NCBI GenBank assembly: GCA_964468655.1 | Contig: CAYXUG010000003.1 | Span: 1 to 63,306 of the forward strand | DNA length: 63,306 bases | Reading direction: 5' to 3' | From: an uncultured bacterium | GTDB lineage: Bacteria > Fidelibacterota > Marinisomatia > Marinisomatales > CAYXUG01 | Shown here: in pieces, positions 7,515 to 16,773 of the stretch | How positions within the stretch are numbered: the stretch's first letter is position 1 | How the letters are laid out: every line of letters begins with the position of its first letter | The notes under the pieces: generated by a model | What the model was told of the DNA's origin: nothing | The model's database searches: none | The model's input: the letters and a program-made list of their open reading frames with translations, nothing else | Translations under genes and position numbers: made by a program

Positions 7515-9961
7515 AGCGTTTTTCTTTCACATTGATAATTTTGTTTGTTGGATTACTTTCTGCTGAACAGGTTGATCTTAACCTCGCATCTCTGGATGAA
7601 ATTAAGACACTCCCGCTTACAGATGAACAGGCAGAAGCCATTTATGATCGTCTTCTATTCCAGGGTCCATTTATATCAGTTTATGATTTAATGGATATTG
7701 AGGGGATGGATGTTGAAACATTCGCAATTATTAAACCGCTGATCATCATTTCAAAAGCAGCGAAAGATGGCGCAATAAACCGCCTGCAGGATGCATACCG
7801 AAAAGTGGAACGATGGACATCCATTGAAGGCGCAAATGAGGGAATGATTGAACAGTGGCTTGACCGGCTATCTGAACCTGTCCATATTATGTCCGCAACT
7901 TACGATGATCTTGTGGCGTTGCAGAATGTGAGCCCTGTGGACGCAGTGGCCGTTGTAAAAAAGCAGCAGCAAAAGGGAGGAATTGGTTATCCCAAAGCTC
8001 TGCGTGGCGCACCGGGACTTTCCTATTGGGGATACCGGAATATGATTGATTTTGTTACGTTTGATTCATCGCCTGAATTGAGTGAGAAACATTTCTGGTA
8101 TAACCTTACATGGAAAACTGTACCATCATCAACATCATTTGATGAAGAATCGGAATCGCCGGAAGCTGCTAACAGTTATCCACCTGCAGTTAACCATAAA
8201 TTGGTTTATTCTCCCAATAACCAATCGAAATTTTTAATGGCTTACCACCGGCAGTTAGGTGAAGAAAACAGGAGAATTGCTATTGGGAGCTTTGAAATCC
8301 CTGAATTTAAATTTTCATATAGTTTTAAAGGGAAAGGAAAAAATGTTTTTCAATTAGACCGCATGGTTTTCGGTAATTATTCAGTTACCATTGGGCAGGG
8401 AGTGGTCTTTGAAAGTACCGATTTCTGGTCCCCTCGCAGATCGGGTTACAGTTGGAGTAAACGTATTCATGGAATTTTACCTGACATATCTCAAACAAGG
8501 GAATATGCATTAAGGGGTGCCGCACTTCAGGGAAGGTTTGCGAATATCAAATTTCTCGGATTTATTTCCAAACACCCTCGGGACGCAGTGCTGAATATTG
8601 ACGGTTCCTTCACCTCTTTAATTACCATGTATCCACGAAGGGACTCGGTGTCTGCTGATGGGTTAATGGTACCTCTTACCAATACGGTTGAGGAAGTAAC
8701 CTGGGGTGGGAATATGCGGTTTGAAATTCAACCGGGGACATTTGTGGGATTCACTACGTATGAAAGTCTTTATGACAAAGAATTGAAACCTGACATATTA
8801 CGATCTGTCGTTGCAATTGATGAGCAGGAAAAATATTTGACTCAAATTGGAAATGCGGCAGACACTGAAATTGCCGCTATGTACAGTTCAGCAGGTTCTT
8901 CACCATTGTGGTCAGCCGCTAAAAGTGTAAGGCGTTTACATGGATTAGAATTTTCGGCTGTTTTAAGGGATATTGCTATCCAGGGTGAATTGGGTATTCT
9001 TGATAAAGATGGGAAAATTTCAGATATTAAGAGTGACCCCAAGGCATTGGTGGTAACTTCTTTTTTACAAGTAAATAATCTTAATTTATTAGCAGTTTAT
9101 AGAGACTATGATTTGGAATATGATAACCCGTATCAGAGGTCGTTTTCGAATTATCAGCGGTATAAGAGCACCATTTTTGAAGATGTGTTTTATTTAAAGG
9201 ATCCGGTGTTTGGGTATCTGTATTCAGGCAATTCCCAGCCACAGGCAGAACGTGGCATTTATCTTTCCAGCCGGTATCAGTTTCACCGCCAGTGGGTCAC
9301 CACCAATGAAATTGATATGTGGACCCGGGTTGCTGACAATTCAAAATATTACAGAATTGTTGCACGGTTTGAATATAGGCCGGTGTTCAACTATCGCTTC
9401 AAGATTCGTCAGAAGTGGCAGCAGCGTGCATCCTTTAACGATTGGACACCTACCGGATTTGATTCCAGAGAGACTCGCCTGGAAGCCATCCTCCGGCTTT
9501 CGAGATACGATAACCTTCGCCTGCTTTATGCACTGAACAAAGTACTGTTCAGTCCAAGGAGACGACTCTCACTCGACCTCGGGTCATTGGGTGAATCCAA
9601 TTCCATGGTAGGCGCCAGCGCTTTAAAGAGTGAAGCCATCGGTTTTACCGTAATACACAATTTTTCTGACAGAATGAAAGTGCTCGGTTCTGTCATCATG
9701 TATAACGGCTTTTTCTGGAATTTTGAAGATACCGATTTCAGGGTATTCGATTCACCGAAAGACGCATTACGGTGGTGGGTTACATTCTTTACACGCATTG
9801 GCGATAGATGGGCTATGCGGTTTAAAATATCCACAGATGCTTCTTATCCCATAACCAATTATAATTTTGCTATTGAAGATTATGAAAGAATTCAATGGTC
9901 TGGTCTCAGTAGCCAAAATGAATCAATAGATTTCAGGATTCAACTGGATTATGCGTATTAA
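7511..9961 (+). CDS. large (816 aa) outer-membrane protein with two N-terminal ComEA-like helix-hairpin-helix units
   Basis: GTGA overlap with the upstream stop. Signal peptide MKRFSFTLIILFVGLLSA. First HhH unit: VDLNLASLDEIKTLPLTDEQAEAIYDRLLFQGPFISVYDLMDIEGMDVETFAIIKPLI. Second unit: ATYDDLVALQNVSPVDAVAVVKKQQQKGG. Roughly 600 aa rich in aromatic/alternating residues follow, ending ...QLDYAY. Confidence 0.6.
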   Translation: MKRFSFTLIILFVGLLSAEQVDLNLASLDEIKTLPLTDEQAEAIYDRLLFQGPFISVYDLMDIEGMDVETFAIIKPLIIISKAAKDGAINRLQDAYRKVERWTSIEGANEGMIEQWLDRLSEPVHIMSATYDDLVALQNVSPVDAVAVVKKQQQKGGIGYPKALRGAPGLSYWGYRNMIDFVTFDSSPELSEKHFWYNLTWKTVPSSTSFDEESESPEAANSYPPAVNHKLVYSPNNQSKFLMAYHRQLGEENRRIAIGSFEIPEFKFSYSFKGKGKNVFQLDRMVFGNYSVTIGQGVVFESTDFWSPRRSGYSWSKRIHGILPDISQTREYALRGAALQGRFANIKFLGFISKHPRDAVLNIDGSFTSLITMYPRRDSVSADGLMVPLTNTVEEVTWGGNMRFEIQPGTFVGFTTYESLYDKELKPDILRSVVAIDEQEKYLTQIGNAADTEIAAMYSSAGSSPLWSAAKSVRRLHGLEFSAVLRDIAIQGELGILDKDGKISDIKSDPKALVVTSFLQVNNLNLLAVYRDYDLEYDNPYQRSFSNYQRYKSTIFEDVFYLKDPVFGYLYSGNSQPQAERGIYLSSRYQFHRQWVTTNEIDMWTRVADNSKYYRIVARFEYRPVFNYRFKIRQKWQQRASFNDWTPTGFDSRETRLEAILRLSRYDNLRLLYALNKVLFSPRRRLSLDLGSLGESNSMVGASALKSEAIGFTVIHNFSDRMKVLGSVIMYNGFFWNFEDTDFRVFDSPKDALRWWVTFFTRIGDRWAMRFKISTDASYPITNYNFAIEDYERIQWSGLSSQNESIDFRIQLDYAY

Positions 9962-11300
9962 ACTCAGCAAAATATTCGCCGGTGTTTTTCTGATATCGTC
10001 CATGTTCGGACAGTCATATTTTAATGGAGTGGTGGGAGAATTCGTCTGGTTCGGGGATTCTCGATCCATGGCAATGGGACAAACCGGAATTGCCGAAAGT
10101 CACGGATTCTCCAATTTGTGGATAAATCCTGCCCTACTGAATATTGATGGTCGATTTTTGTTTGAATCTACGTTACAAGTAAAACGGTTGGAAGAGCAGA
10201 GGACATTCCCGGTGATTGATATGTTTGGAGATATTGTTACTGATAATATTTACAATGTTTCTTCAAAATGGTATCAAAATGAATCATTCGGCGCAGTTCT
10301 AAATTTACCATTGCTGCCATTTACACTGGCTATAGGTAAAGCGCCATTCCTCGATTTCAGATTCCAATATGATGAAGGCGTCCGTGGTAACTTGACTTCA
10401 TCCAATTATAACAGGGATCCATTGGTGGGGTATCATCGAATTTCATCTGATGGAAAAATTGATGCTGTCAGCGGCGGAATTGCCTTAAGATTGTTAGACC
10501 GCATCCATTTTGGTGTGAGCGGACATATACTCACCGCAAGTGAATTTTCAAGAAATTACTCCGTTATTGTGATTGAGTCTGATGATGCCTTGGCAGCAGA
10601 AGATACACTTATCTTTGAATCTAAATGGGAGATTGAAAAAGTGAAAATGAAACCTTCACTTGCGAAACCATATACTTTTTCCGTTGGTGGTTCCATTGAC
10701 TTCAATTGGCATATCAGTATTTCTGCAAATTACAGGAATGGTGTTCATTTTAAAACGAGTGACCTTTCTGTTGCGCCATCCATTGATGAAAATACACTGC
10801 TTCCGGCTTATTCTTGGAGGGAAGACAGTCTGAAAATTCAGTATGCTTACCCAGAAAAATATTCGTTGGGAATACGCTATCAACCGACCAATCCTATTCC
10901 TACAAAACTATTTGCTGAAATTCATTATACGGACTGGTCACAATTTAAAATTTCCTATTCCCGAAGAGTGAATGATGAGGACAGCTTTTCCCACAACTTC
11001 AGTGAGACTTATGAATTTCGTTTTGGATTGGAACACATGGTGTTGAGGAAAATACCATTTAGAGCAGGATTCATTTATGCGGAGTCACCTTATGGGAATG
11101 AACTGGATAGAAGTATTTTCACAATTGGCAGCGGTTTCAGTCCATTGGATAATTTGACTGTTGATGTGGCCGGGAAATTCACTACAAGCGAATACAAATA
11201 TGTTGATATTTTCCCTGCAGTGGGGCAAGAAAGCACTGAATTGGAAAATGTAAAAGAATCGATAGGTACTCTTTCAGTTACTATGAAGTATGAATTTTAA
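9951..11300 (+). CDS. outer-membrane beta-barrel protein, FadL/PorV-like
   Basis: 11-nt overlap with the upstream gene. Signal peptide. Motif: GDSRSMAMGQTGIAESHGFSNLWINPALL. C-terminal ...TMKYEF, with the terminal aromatic typical of OMPs. Confidence 0.55.
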   Translation: MRIKLSKIFAGVFLISSMFGQSYFNGVVGEFVWFGDSRSMAMGQTGIAESHGFSNLWINPALLNIDGRFLFESTLQVKRLEEQRTFPVIDMFGDIVTDNIYNVSSKWYQNESFGAVLNLPLLPFTLAIGKAPFLDFRFQYDEGVRGNLTSSNYNRDPLVGYHRISSDGKIDAVSGGIALRLLDRIHFGVSGHILTASEFSRNYSVIVIESDDALAAEDTLIFESKWEIEKVKMKPSLAKPYTFSVGGSIDFNWHISISANYRNGVHFKTSDLSVAPSIDENTLLPAYSWREDSLKIQYAYPEKYSLGIRYQPTNPIPTKLFAEIHYTDWSQFKISYSRRVNDEDSFSHNFSETYEFRFGLEHMVLRKIPFRAGFIYAESPYGNELDRSIFTIGSGFSPLDNLTVDVAGKFTTSEYKYVDIFPAVGQESTELENVKESIGTLSVTMKYEF

Positions 11301-11355
11301 TAAACAATTTATTCACTACTATCGTCTCCTTTTTACTAAGGAGGGAATTAAGTGG

Positions 11356-13308
11356 ATGTCTGAGTCAAAAACAAATACACCATCCATTGTCATTTCTGTA
11401 GTGCTAATATTAATTTTTTTTCTCCCATTTTTGTCAGCAAAGGATGGGATCGATCGCCTGCACATTATTTTTACCAATGATCTCCGTGGCGCGATTCAAT
11501 ATCAGGAGGCACCATTTATCAATCCTGAGTTTGCGCCAAGAGTAACCGGCGGTGCAGCTGCTTTGGAGTATCTGAATGATGTGAGGGAAATGGTATCCCA
11601 AAATGGTGAAGAAGTCCTCGTGTTGGATGGAGGTAATGTCTTTCAAGGGAATCCATTGGGTACTCGCGATGGAGGGGAAACCATTATGAAGTGGATGAAT
11701 CAGATGGGATATGATGCCATGACAGTGGGGAATTATGATTTTGATCAGGGTATTGAAAATGTGAGAAAGCTTTCCAGACTTGCTGAATTCCCTTTTTTGG
11801 GTGGAAATATTCTGGATGAATCCACTGGAAGGACTGTGGATTTTTGTGCTTCTTACATTATAAAAGAAATGATGGGAATGAGGGTTGCAATTATTGGTGT
11901 AACAACTTCATCTTTTCCTGAGATTACTGTTCCAGAGGCTGTTGCAGGTTTAAAATTTGAAAGAGAACTGCCGTATGTAAAAAAGGCAATAGAACAAGTA
12001 AAAGCTCAAGGAGCTGAAATTGTCATTCTCCTTGCCCATTTGGGACTGCCTTATGATATTGAAGATAAGTTTAAAGATTTCATTGATGATGTTTCAAATT
12101 CAAAAAAAGATTGGAATTCTGTTTCACTTAATGCAATGCAACTGGCACATTTTATCCAAGGAGTTGATGTCATCATTACAGGCCACATTACCAAGGGATA
12201 TAATGATCCATGGGAAGATCCTATGAGTCATGCCCTCTGTTTTCAGTCATATGGAAGTGGCACAAGCATTGGACATATAATATTGAATATAGACCGGCAG
12301 ACAAAACAGATGATTGGTTATGACACTCCCTCTGAAAGAGGCGCATTGATAACCTTATTTGATGATGATTTTCATCACAATTTTGATGGTGCTGATCAAA
12401 TTGAGGGTTGGCGGAAAATTGCTCAAAAGCAAGTCAGTAAACCAGTAAACCTACCAAGTAATAGTCGGACAGAAATATCAATTCAAGATAATTGGGCTAT
12501 TCCTTCATTCGGCAGTGACAACCGATTGGAAATCGCAACATGGAATATTGAATTTTTCCCAAAAGCAGGGGATACCACAATCGCTGCCATGGCGGAAGTG
12601 GTCAATGACTTGAATGTAGATATTATAGGGATTCAGGAAATCGGCAAGCGAGGTTCCTTCGCTGAAATGATGGCGCTTATTCCGGAGTACGATTATGTGC
12701 TCAGTCAGAGTTCATCTTTTTTCGATCAGGCCATCATTTACAAGAAAGAGTTTGTGACGGCGGTCTCCCAAAAAGATCTCTTTACATTTGAAGATTACTG
12801 GTTCGCCGGAAGACCTCCTTTGCAGGGAGATTTCATCTGGAATAATGGGGGAATTCAGTTCCCAGTTTCAGTGATTGATATACACATGAAATGCTGTGAT
12901 GACGGAATCTACCGTCGTAGTGTGGCGAGTAAAATGCTAGCTGATTATATAAAGGAAAAAATAGCTGGTGACAATTCCAATATTTTAGTTGTAGGAGACT
13001 GGAATGATGAAATTGATGATCCTTGGCATGAACAATCATTGAATCCATTTGTGCAGGATAAAGAAAATTTTTATTTTACTACTATTCCAATTCTCTACGA
13101 TCCAACTCAATATTCTTACCCATCTTGGCCAAGTTTCCTTGATCACATACTGATATCAAAAAGTCTGTTTTTTGAAAACAAATCATCGGGTAACACTCAA
13201 ACCATAAGATTACAGGATTACGTGGGGGGATGGGATGAATATGAAAGGATTCTTTCTGATCATTTACCGGTGGTCTGGTCTATTTCGTTTGAAAATTCTC
13301 CCAATTAG
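11356..13308 (+). CDS. membrane-anchored UshA-type 5'-nucleotidase/metallophosphoesterase fused to a C-terminal endonuclease/exonuclease/phosphatase (EEP) domain
   Basis: ATG at 11356 is preceded by AAGGAGG at 11339-11345. N-terminal anchor: IVISVVLILIFFLPFLSA. Metallophosphoesterase motifs: HIIFTNDLRG, LDGGNVFQG, GNYDFD, LAHLG. EEP motifs: IATWNIEFFPK, DIIGIQEI, VVGDWND, SDHLPVVW. Confidence 0.8.
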   Translation: MSESKTNTPSIVISVVLILIFFLPFLSAKDGIDRLHIIFTNDLRGAIQYQEAPFINPEFAPRVTGGAAALEYLNDVREMVSQNGEEVLVLDGGNVFQGNPLGTRDGGETIMKWMNQMGYDAMTVGNYDFDQGIENVRKLSRLAEFPFLGGNILDESTGRTVDFCASYIIKEMMGMRVAIIGVTTSSFPEITVPEAVAGLKFERELPYVKKAIEQVKAQGAEIVILLAHLGLPYDIEDKFKDFIDDVSNSKKDWNSVSLNAMQLAHFIQGVDVIITGHITKGYNDPWEDPMSHALCFQSYGSGTSIGHIILNIDRQTKQMIGYDTPSERGALITLFDDDFHHNFDGADQIEGWRKIAQKQVSKPVNLPSNSRTEISIQDNWAIPSFGSDNRLEIATWNIEFFPKAGDTTIAAMAEVVNDLNVDIIGIQEIGKRGSFAEMMALIPEYDYVLSQSSSFFDQAIIYKKEFVTAVSQKDLFTFEDYWFAGRPPLQGDFIWNNGGIQFPVSVIDIHMKCCDDGIYRRSVASKMLADYIKEKIAGDNSNILVVGDWNDEIDDPWHEQSLNPFVQDKENFYFTTIPILYDPTQYSYPSWPSFLDHILISKSLFFENKSSGNTQTIRLQDYVGGWDEYERILSDHLPVVWSISFENSPN

Positions 13309-14203
13309 ATTTTTTCTTTCTTTAGCCACATTATTTTGGATGAGTTGTGGTGAAGTTATATCCGGTAATGCAAATGATAATGGTGGGATAGATCCACCTC
13401 CATCGGGTGAAGTCGATGAGATTGAAATTGTAACATGGAATATAGAGCATTTTCCCAAAAGTGATTTAACAGTAGAAAAAACAATTACAATTATGGATAC
13501 CTTAGATGCTGATATTTACTGTATTCAGGAAATTACAGATGTAACCAATTTTGAAAATGTGGCTGATGCTCTAGATGGGTATAACGCTATTATTTCAACA
13601 GAAGCGTGGTCACTGGGAGTCATTTATCGGTCAACAATGTTAACAGCATCAAATATTGAGGAATTTTTTCTTGATCACTCTGGATTTGCGACACGTCCTC
13701 CTTTGAAAGTGGATTTTAGTTATCAGATTGATGAAGCTCAATATTTCTTCTCAGTGATCAATTTACACATGAAATGTTGTGGGGATGGGGAAATTGAACA
13801 TGAAAATGAAAACGATGAGGAATTCAGGCGGTACGGTGCGAGTATTACTTTAAAAAATTATATTGATGCCAGTATGGATAACGATAATGTAATTATTGTC
13901 GGTGATTGGAATGATCTAATCGTAGAAGAAGTTGAATCGAACAATGTTTTTATGAATTTTATTGAAGATGAAGACAATTTTATGTTTGTTGATATGAGTA
14001 TTGCCAATGGCTCAACAGCAAATTGGTCATATCCATCATGGCCAAGTCACATTGACCACATTCTAATCACCAATGAACTTTTCGATGAATTCCAGTATTC
14101 ATTAATTTCTACCATTCGAGCTGATGATTTCATTGATAATTATTTTACTGATGTTTCCGACCACCGTCCTGTTATGTGGAAATTTCAACCGAATTTCGAG
14201 TAA
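13289..14203 (+). CDS. EEP-family nuclease/phosphatase, probable lipoprotein (paralog of the C-terminal domain of the previous gene)
   Basis: An in-frame TTG at 13289 gives (M)KILPIRFFLSLATLFWMSCG. The alternative ATG at 13235 lies inside the previous gene. EEP motifs: IVTWNIEHFPK, DIYCIQEI, IIVGDWND, SDHRPVMW. Confidence 0.72.
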   Translation: MKILPIRFFLSLATLFWMSCGEVISGNANDNGGIDPPPSGEVDEIEIVTWNIEHFPKSDLTVEKTITIMDTLDADIYCIQEITDVTNFENVADALDGYNAIISTEAWSLGVIYRSTMLTASNIEEFFLDHSGFATRPPLKVDFSYQIDEAQYFFSVINLHMKCCGDGEIEHENENDEEFRRYGASITLKNYIDASMDNDNVIIVGDWNDLIVEEVESNNVFMNFIEDEDNFMFVDMSIANGSTANWSYPSWPSHIDHILITNELFDEFQYSLISTIRADDFIDNYFTDVSDHRPVMWKFQPNFE

Positions 14204-14206
14204 ACG

Positions 14207-15178
14207 TTGAATCCATTTTTCATTTTACTTTTTACCGGTTTTCTGATTTCACAGGAAGCGTCTTTTGTTAAATATTACAAGTCCAAAGATGATGTCATCA
14301 AAGGAATCCCCATGGATGCAACGGATCGTATTGGGAAAAGTCACATCCGTGTTTTTTATGATAAAATGAACAATATGGTGTCAAAAGGGTGGATGGATGA
14401 AACAGACAAATTGTTGAAGGAGGAAGTATTTGAATACAATGAAGATGGCTCCATTTGGAAAAGGGGTCTCAGGACCGGCACCGGTCATACAGAAAAACTT
14501 TACATTTATGGCGACAAAGAGGATGTTTCAAACGAATTCATTCAATATGTCTACTCTAACAGAAATGAAAAAGAATTTTTTGACCGAATAACAGTTTATG
14601 AGTTTCTATCTGACAGTTCCATTGATAACTACCAATTTTTTAGCATTGATTATACTCCATTTGGAACAATTGAATACCATTTTTCAGATGATAAAAATGA
14701 AAAGTCTGAAAAGTGGATTCGACTTCCCGAGAAAAAATTAGTTAGGCAATTTCAATACAATCATTATTCCGATACCGATGATTACGAACTCCTTGAAATT
14801 GATTCAATGGGGACTGTAATCAGTCATGTTGGTTTGAACTTATCTATTTTTTCTGGAGAAGAACTTTTAACCTTAACAACCAGTGGTAATGTGTTGGAGG
14901 AAAGTAAACCCATTATCAGAGAAATTCGTGAAAGAAAAGCTGCCGGTTGGAAAATGCCGGAAGATATTAAAATTGATTTTCAGGATGATTCTGAATTTTT
15001 ACCTGATAAGATTACCCTTAATAATGATGAAACTTTAGATGTGGATCTTGTAGTTGTTACTGATTTGTATGCTAGGTTTCGATTATTGGGTGAAAAAGAA
15101 ATTTTAACCATACCTCTTGTATCGGTCAGTGAAGTGAAAAAACGGGATGGAACTGTTATTTACCCAATTTCTTTTTAA
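14207..15178 (+). CDS. hypothetical secreted protein
   Basis: Long ORF starting 3 nt after the previous stop. TTG start. Hydrophobic leader MNPFFILLFTGFLISQ. No motif recognised. Confidence 0.5.
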   Translation: MNPFFILLFTGFLISQEASFVKYYKSKDDVIKGIPMDATDRIGKSHIRVFYDKMNNMVSKGWMDETDKLLKEEVFEYNEDGSIWKRGLRTGTGHTEKLYIYGDKEDVSNEFIQYVYSNRNEKEFFDRITVYEFLSDSSIDNYQFFSIDYTPFGTIEYHFSDDKNEKSEKWIRLPEKKLVRQFQYNHYSDTDDYELLEIDSMGTVISHVGLNLSIFSGEELLTLTTSGNVLEESKPIIREIRERKAAGWKMPEDIKIDFQDDSEFLPDKITLNNDETLDVDLVVVTDLYARFRLLGEKEILTIPLVSVSEVKKRDGTVIYPISF

Positions 15179-15233
15179 AGAATTGATAGACAAGCTTGAT
15201 TTTAGGGTTAGCACAAATTATATTGGAGGCGCT

Positions 15234-16007
15234 GTGAGAAACCGATTTACGTATCTCTTGATGATTTTATTTTGTGTTTGTGTCCAGGCGCAAGATTATC
15301 CCGCACCGACCAATCTGATAACAATTCCGACAGCAGGTGTGCTGGTTAGGGGTACCTACACGGCAGATGCCCGCATTCAAAATGGAGGCGGATTAATCTT
15401 TGGATTGTCTGTGGGAATTACTAACAGGTTCATGTTTGGACTCTCCTACGGCGCAGGGAATCTTATCGGTGATGACAGCTTAAAATGGTATCCCCGTCCT
15501 GAAGTCAATTTAAAGTACCGACTTATTGATGAAGACATGTCCAAACCGGGAATTGCCATCGGATTAGAGACTCAAGGGCTAGGAGAGTTTTTGGATGCCG
15601 ATACATTGAATAGGTACAGCACAAAAGCATTGGGTGCTTATCTTTCAATGAGTAAAAACTGGAAATCACCGCTGGGTAATGCGGGGCTTCACGCCGGAAT
15701 TAATTATAATTTTACTGAGCAGTTGGATGGTGATAAAGATATGAGCGCATTTGCAGGTTTTGATGTGGAAATTAACCCTGAACTTTCTTTTATTATGGAA
15801 TACAATGCAGCACTTAATGAAAATGCTATGACAATCAGGAACATTGCCCTCAGCAGAGGCGGTTACCTGAATACCGCAATTCGTTGGACATTTGTAGATC
15901 ACCTTCATATTGAACTCGAGTTTAATAATCTGCTGTTCAACAAAAAAAATGAAAGTTTGCAAACATTCACGCGGGAATTGAAAATCACCTATATTGAATA
16001 TTTTTAA
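15234..16007 (+). CDS. hypothetical outer-membrane beta-barrel protein
   Basis: GTG at 15234 follows GGAGG at 15225-15229 and gives the leader VRNRFTYLLMILFCVCVQAQ. Alternating beta-strand pattern. C-terminus ...KITYIEYF. Confidence 0.5.
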   Translation: MRNRFTYLLMILFCVCVQAQDYPAPTNLITIPTAGVLVRGTYTADARIQNGGGLIFGLSVGITNRFMFGLSYGAGNLIGDDSLKWYPRPEVNLKYRLIDEDMSKPGIAIGLETQGLGEFLDADTLNRYSTKALGAYLSMSKNWKSPLGNAGLHAGINYNFTEQLDGDKDMSAFAGFDVEINPELSFIMEYNAALNENAMTIRNIALSRGGYLNTAIRWTFVDHLHIELEFNNLLFNKKNESLQTFTRELKITYIEYF

Positions 16008-16010
16008 TTT

Positions 16011-16544
16011 TTGGAGAGTTACAGTTTGAGAATTCTAATTTGGTTTAGTTTAATATTTTCTATTACATTTGGCCAGTCGCGGCTGGAAATAGGCATGAAA
16101 GCTCCGGATTGGGAATTTCCCGATGCTGATGGGACAATGTTTACCATGGGAAATTGGGCAGGAAAGATTCTCCAGGTAAATTATGTTGACCCGGACGAAT
16201 CAGAAATGAATGAAGCATTTAACGATGCGGTTAAGCATGCTGTTGATGTGGAAAAAAGAATTGAGAGAGATACGTTTCAGGGGATTGGTGTTGCAGACTG
16301 TGCATCGACATGGAAACCTAATTTTGCAATTAGGCTTATCGGCGGCGCCAAGGCAAAAAAGTATGATACCACAGTTCTGTTCGATTATGATGCAGTCCTC
16401 AGGGATTCATGGGGACTAAATAAAAATTCTTATAGTATAATAATTGTTGATGAAGATAGAATTGTCCGTGTTCTGGAGCGGGGAAAAATTCCTAAAGAGC
16501 GGTTTGAAGAAATTATCCTGACAATTATCGAATTGCAGGAATAA
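16011..16544 (+). CDS. thioredoxin-fold periplasmic protein, YtfJ-like (no CxxC)
   Basis: Signal peptide present. Redoxin-like pattern: GMKAPDWEFPDADGTMFTMGNWAGKILQVNYVDPD...IIIVDEDRIVRV. This matches my memory of the YtfJ/HI0045 family. Confidence 0.5.
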   Translation: MESYSLRILIWFSLIFSITFGQSRLEIGMKAPDWEFPDADGTMFTMGNWAGKILQVNYVDPDESEMNEAFNDAVKHAVDVEKRIERDTFQGIGVADCASTWKPNFAIRLIGGAKAKKYDTTVLFDYDAVLRDSWGLNKNSYSIIIVDEDRIVRVLERGKIPKERFEEIILTIIELQE

Positions 16545-16565
16545 TTTTCGTCATTGCAATCTTAA

Positions 16566-16733
16566 ATGACTAATATAAAGGACGTTCAAAGTGCAAAAGG
16601 TATACAAAAACTGGAGAAACGGATTGACCGTTATAATCATATCCTTGAATTAATCAGAACAATTGCCAGTTTGCTTGCCGGTACCGGAGGGTTGCTCCTC
16701 ATTCTCAAATTTCTCGGAATCATCGATTTTTAA
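16566..16733 (+). CDS. small (55 aa) tail-anchored membrane protein, hypothetical
   Basis: ATG ORF absent from the track because it is under 60 aa: MTNIKDVQSAKGIQKLEKRIDRYNHILELIRTIASLLAGTGGLLLILKFLGIIDF. It fills an otherwise empty 230-bp gap. No clear SD. Confidence 0.3.
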   Translation: MTNIKDVQSAKGIQKLEKRIDRYNHILELIRTIASLLAGTGGLLLILKFLGIIDF

Positions 16734-16773
16734 TTATTGTTAACATCCCGAGAAATTCTCGGGATTTAGATTC

